Of a stretch of 47,550 nt of DNA, positions 45,024 through 47,550 are shown in pieces. Position numbers and translations under genes: made by a program. The first letter of the stretch is position 1; each line of letters begins with the position of its first letter. The DNA lies in NCBI GenBank assembly GCA_001871075.1, contig MNUP01000028.1, positions 1-47,550 of the forward strand, read 5' to 3'. The notes below the pieces were generated by a model. That model was not told the origin of the DNA, made no database searches, and was given only the letters and a program-made list of their open reading frames with translations. The DNA comes from Candidatus Desantisbacteria bacterium CG1_02_49_89 (GTDB taxonomy: Bacteria; Desantisbacteria; UBA1551).

Positions 45024-47012
45024 TTAGTACTTGATTACTGCCACTCCGTAAGGCGGAAGCGAAAGCGAATTTTTCACTTTCTTTCCCGTTAAAAGGTCCA
45101 CCCCGTTCTTGTCGGGCGTTGCTTTCCCGCCTTTGCCCGCGATGTCAACCACTATCATTCCTTCAGGCTTACCTGTTACGCTGACCCGCCTTACTGCCAC
45201 AATACCGCAGCCGGATACGGCTTTGGCCTGCGCGTATTTCGCGATCTCACTTACAAGCCATCCCGCAAGGAATCTGCGATCAAAATGGGTGCCAAGCGCC
45301 ACGATCTTTCCCCTGCCTATTTTTCTTTCCACCGCTGCAGCCATTCCCTTAGCAGGGCCGTCAGCGTAGGCCGCTATCGCTTTTGTTCCTTTTTCCGGTA
45401 TGAACGCGTCGCACCACAGGCTGCAGCCAACGCTTTTATGGCCGGTCAGATCGACTTTTCCCTTTCCGGATGCCTGGAACCTGTGCCTGACATGGGCGCC
45501 AATGAGTTTTTCAAGAGGGCCGTAAGCGCTTTCCTGGAACGCGGTTGCCTGTTCGTTCCTAAACGAGGACATCGGCCCGACTATCCAGATACCGCCGTTC
45601 TTCATGAAATCTTCCATCTTCCTGGCGGTCTTCCTGGGTATCACAGCCATGAAAGGGGAGATGACAGCGCTGTAACCGGCAACATCCGCGTTAGGGTAGA
45701 TCACGTCCCTGGGGATCCCCGCCTCAAGCAGGGGCCGGTAATAAAGTTCCTGCCACGAAGAGACGTAGTTGAAATTCCAGGCAAGGTGGCCCTGGTTGAA
45801 GATCCACATTGACGGGTAGCTGAAATGGACCGCGACACGCGGTTTTTCGGGCTTTGTTGAATTAAGGAAATCCTTTGTTTTCGCGAGCTCTCCGCTTACC
45901 TGCCTTATCTGGGGTTCGGCAAGCGTTGGTTCGCCCCACGCGTAGACAAGCGAGCCGTGCTCCATTTCCTGGCCGCTCCAGTGCGCCCTCCACAGCCAGA
46001 ACGAAACAGCTTCGCCGCCTTCAGCGAACGCGAGCCAGCATTTCGCGCGCAGAGCACCGGGGGTGTGATAATACGGAGCCGCGGGGATCAAACCTCCCGC
46101 GCTTGTGGCGGAAGTTTCCATTATCCAGTATGGTTTCTCCTTAAGCGGGCGCATCCAGTCCAGTTCGGGGCACCACTTCCACATTTCCTCAGGCGAATAA
46201 TAAAGGTCGTTTGATGCGAAGTCCAGGTTTGAGAAAAGGTCCTCGTAATCCAGCTCATGGAAAGGCGGCATACCGTTTGTGGTTATGGGAACCGCTGTGA
46301 ACCGCCTGAGTATCCTGGTTTGTTCCCTGGCGTAATTAGAATAGCTGTGGCTCATGAAATATTTAAAGTAATAGATAAGGGAAGGGTGGTGGTTTGCGGG
46401 AGCGGGCTTGGGCAGGGGGATCTCGTCGAAAGAACCGAACCTGATGCTCCACAAGCCTGTTCCCCACGACTCGTTGAGCCTGTCTATTGTCCCGTAGATC
46501 CTTTTAAGGAACTGGCGGAACGTCCTTTCGCACACCTCGCAGTAGCAGGAATTTATATGGCATGAGAACTCATTGTCCAGCTGCCACGCCACGATCTGGG
46601 GGTATTTGCAGAACTCCCTTGCGAGCCGCGTGTTGATCTTGTTCGAGAATTCCCTGTAAACCAGGGAGTTGGGGCAGTAGTGGTGCCTGGCGCCGTGCAC
46701 GAACTTCTGGCCTGTGGGCATCGCGGCAAGGGACTGCGGGTATTTTTTTGTGAGCCACGCCGGAGGGGTTGCGGTGGGCGTGCACATAACGACAGCGATC
46801 CCGGCTTCACCCAGGGCTTTCACGGCCCTGTGCAGCCATTCGAAACTGTACTTTCCCTCTTCGGGCTCCATGAACGCCCAGGCGAATTCGGCGACGCGCA
46901 CCATGTTCACGCCAAGGTCCTTCATCCTTTTTATGTCTTTATCAAGCTCTTTCTGTTCCCATGCCTCGGGGTAATAAGCGGCCCCGAAATACGGCGGGCT
47001 GAATTTTATCAT
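45024..47012 (-). CDS. GH42 beta-galactosidase
   Basis: GAAYYPEAW, RVAEFAW..MEP, CTPTATPPAW, WQLDNE acid/base, CYCEVC, WIMET nucleophile. Confidence 0.93.
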   Translation of the reverse strand: MIKFSPPYFGAAYYPEAWEQKELDKDIKRMKDLGVNMVRVAEFAWAFMEPEEGKYSFEWLHRAVKALGEAGIAVVMCTPTATPPAWLTKKYPQSLAAMPTGQKFVHGARHHYCPNSLVYREFSNKINTRLAREFCKYPQIVAWQLDNEFSCHINSCYCEVCERTFRQFLKRIYGTIDRLNESWGTGLWSIRFGSFDEIPLPKPAPANHHPSLIYYFKYFMSHSYSNYAREQTRILRRFTAVPITTNGMPPFHELDYEDLFSNLDFASNDLYYSPEEMWKWCPELDWMRPLKEKPYWIMETSATSAGGLIPAAPYYHTPGALRAKCWLAFAEGGEAVSFWLWRAHWSGQEMEHGSLVYAWGEPTLAEPQIRQVSGELAKTKDFLNSTKPEKPRVAVHFSYPSMWIFNQGHLAWNFNYVSSWQELYYRPLLEAGIPRDVIYPNADVAGYSAVISPFMAVIPRKTARKMEDFMKNGGIWIVGPMSSFRNEQATAFQESAYGPLEKLIGAHVRHRFQASGKGKVDLTGHKSVGCSLWCDAFIPEKGTKAIAAYADGPAKGMAAAVERKIGRGKIVALGTHFDRRFLAGWLVSEIAKYAQAKAVSGCGIVAVRRVSVTGKPEGMIVVDIAGKGGKATPDKNGVDLLTGKKVKNSLSLPPYGVAVIKY

Positions 47013-47331
47013 AAAACCTCCTAAAAGATTTCCACGAAATCACGAAAGTGTCACGAAAGCACGAAAAAGAATTATTTTGCCACTGAGTTCACTGAATAGT
47101 TTAATTTAAAAATATTTTCTATTAACCCCCGACAACAGAGTTAACACGGAATAATGGAAGATAAAGACTGATTGTTGCGCAACTTAGCAAGAAGAGGAAA
47201 CTAAAAATTATTATGCTAAGAAAATAGGGTTTTGCCGTTAATTTCCTAAACCTGATCATATCAAATATGGTTCTTCTCCAAATGTTGTCGTATAATAGAA
47301 TAAATAGCATTAATGCTCTTTAAATAACGAG

Positions 47332-47550
47332 GGCACCTGTTGACTTCTTCTCTGCTATAGGGTATAATATTCTTTGGCAAGAAAAACCCGGAAGTAAAAA
47401 GGAGGTCCACAGATGCCAGATAATATTATATCACAATGCCTTCAATTGTCAAGCGTAAAAGTCGTTTCCTGCTGTGTCCATGAAGATGAAGTTGACATAA
47501 TCCTTGCAAGGGACCCTTCCAAAGGTTTCTATTGCTCTTCCTGCGGAAGC
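47332..47550 (+). mobile_element. Probable left end of an ISL3-family IS (truncated by the window edge)
   Basis: GG-starting segment after AT-rich DNA, internal TTGACT-17-TATAAT (47340-47368), AAGGAGG SD and a transposase-like ORF start. The exact left end is a guess. Confidence 0.5.
47413..47550 (+). CDS. N-terminus of a probable ISL3 transposase (partial)
   Basis: MPDNIISQCLQLSSVKVV...VDIILARDPSKGFYCSSCGS resembles the ISL3 N-terminus leading into the CxxCG zinc finger; open to the window end. Confidence 0.6.
   Translation, partial: MPDNIISQCLQLSSVKVVSCCVHEDEVDIILARDPSKGFYCSSCGS

Noticed and set aside
47122-47310. 62-aa hydrophobic minus-strand ORF as a gene cut by the IS
   Set aside because: An in-frame stop at 47320-47322 lies before the IS boundary, there is no SD and no recognisable family; left uncalled.
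1-47550. tRNA, rRNA, prophage, reverse transcriptase or RAYT genes
   Set aside because: No cloverleaf, rRNA-like segment, phage structural gene, RT motif or HUH transposase ORF was recognised.

Overview
Bacterial chromosomal window (taxon not determinable from the sequence) rich in secreted multidomain proteins and carbohydrate-active enzymes. In order: an AbrB/RelE-like toxin-antitoxin pair; a large LamG/beta-helix protein; a ybjQ-ybjQ-M48 peptidase operon; an alpha-2-macroglobulin gene split by a one-base frameshift, followed by pbpC; a HEAT-repeat protein; an AAA+/DUF4143 ATPase; a 2253-aa surface glycoside hydrolase; typA; dusB; SGNH, LamG and URO-D-like genes; a minus-strand run of six glycosidases or glycosidase-like genes (GH42, GH29, GH151-like, an unassigned GH, GH116, GH14/42-like); and the start of a probable ISL3 transposase at the right edge. 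The most unusual signal is intergenic. Almost every spacer is built from tiny palindromic units (22, 53-54 and 67 nt) that are nested inside one another, show covarying stems, and have matching filled and empty sites within this window with no target duplication. Related repeats supply -35 boxes, stop codons and in-frame codons to genes. A duplicated 16-codon basic RGG micro-ORF with a strong Shine-Dalgarno sequence brackets the A2M-pbpC operon. All alignments and family calls were made by eye; no database search was run.
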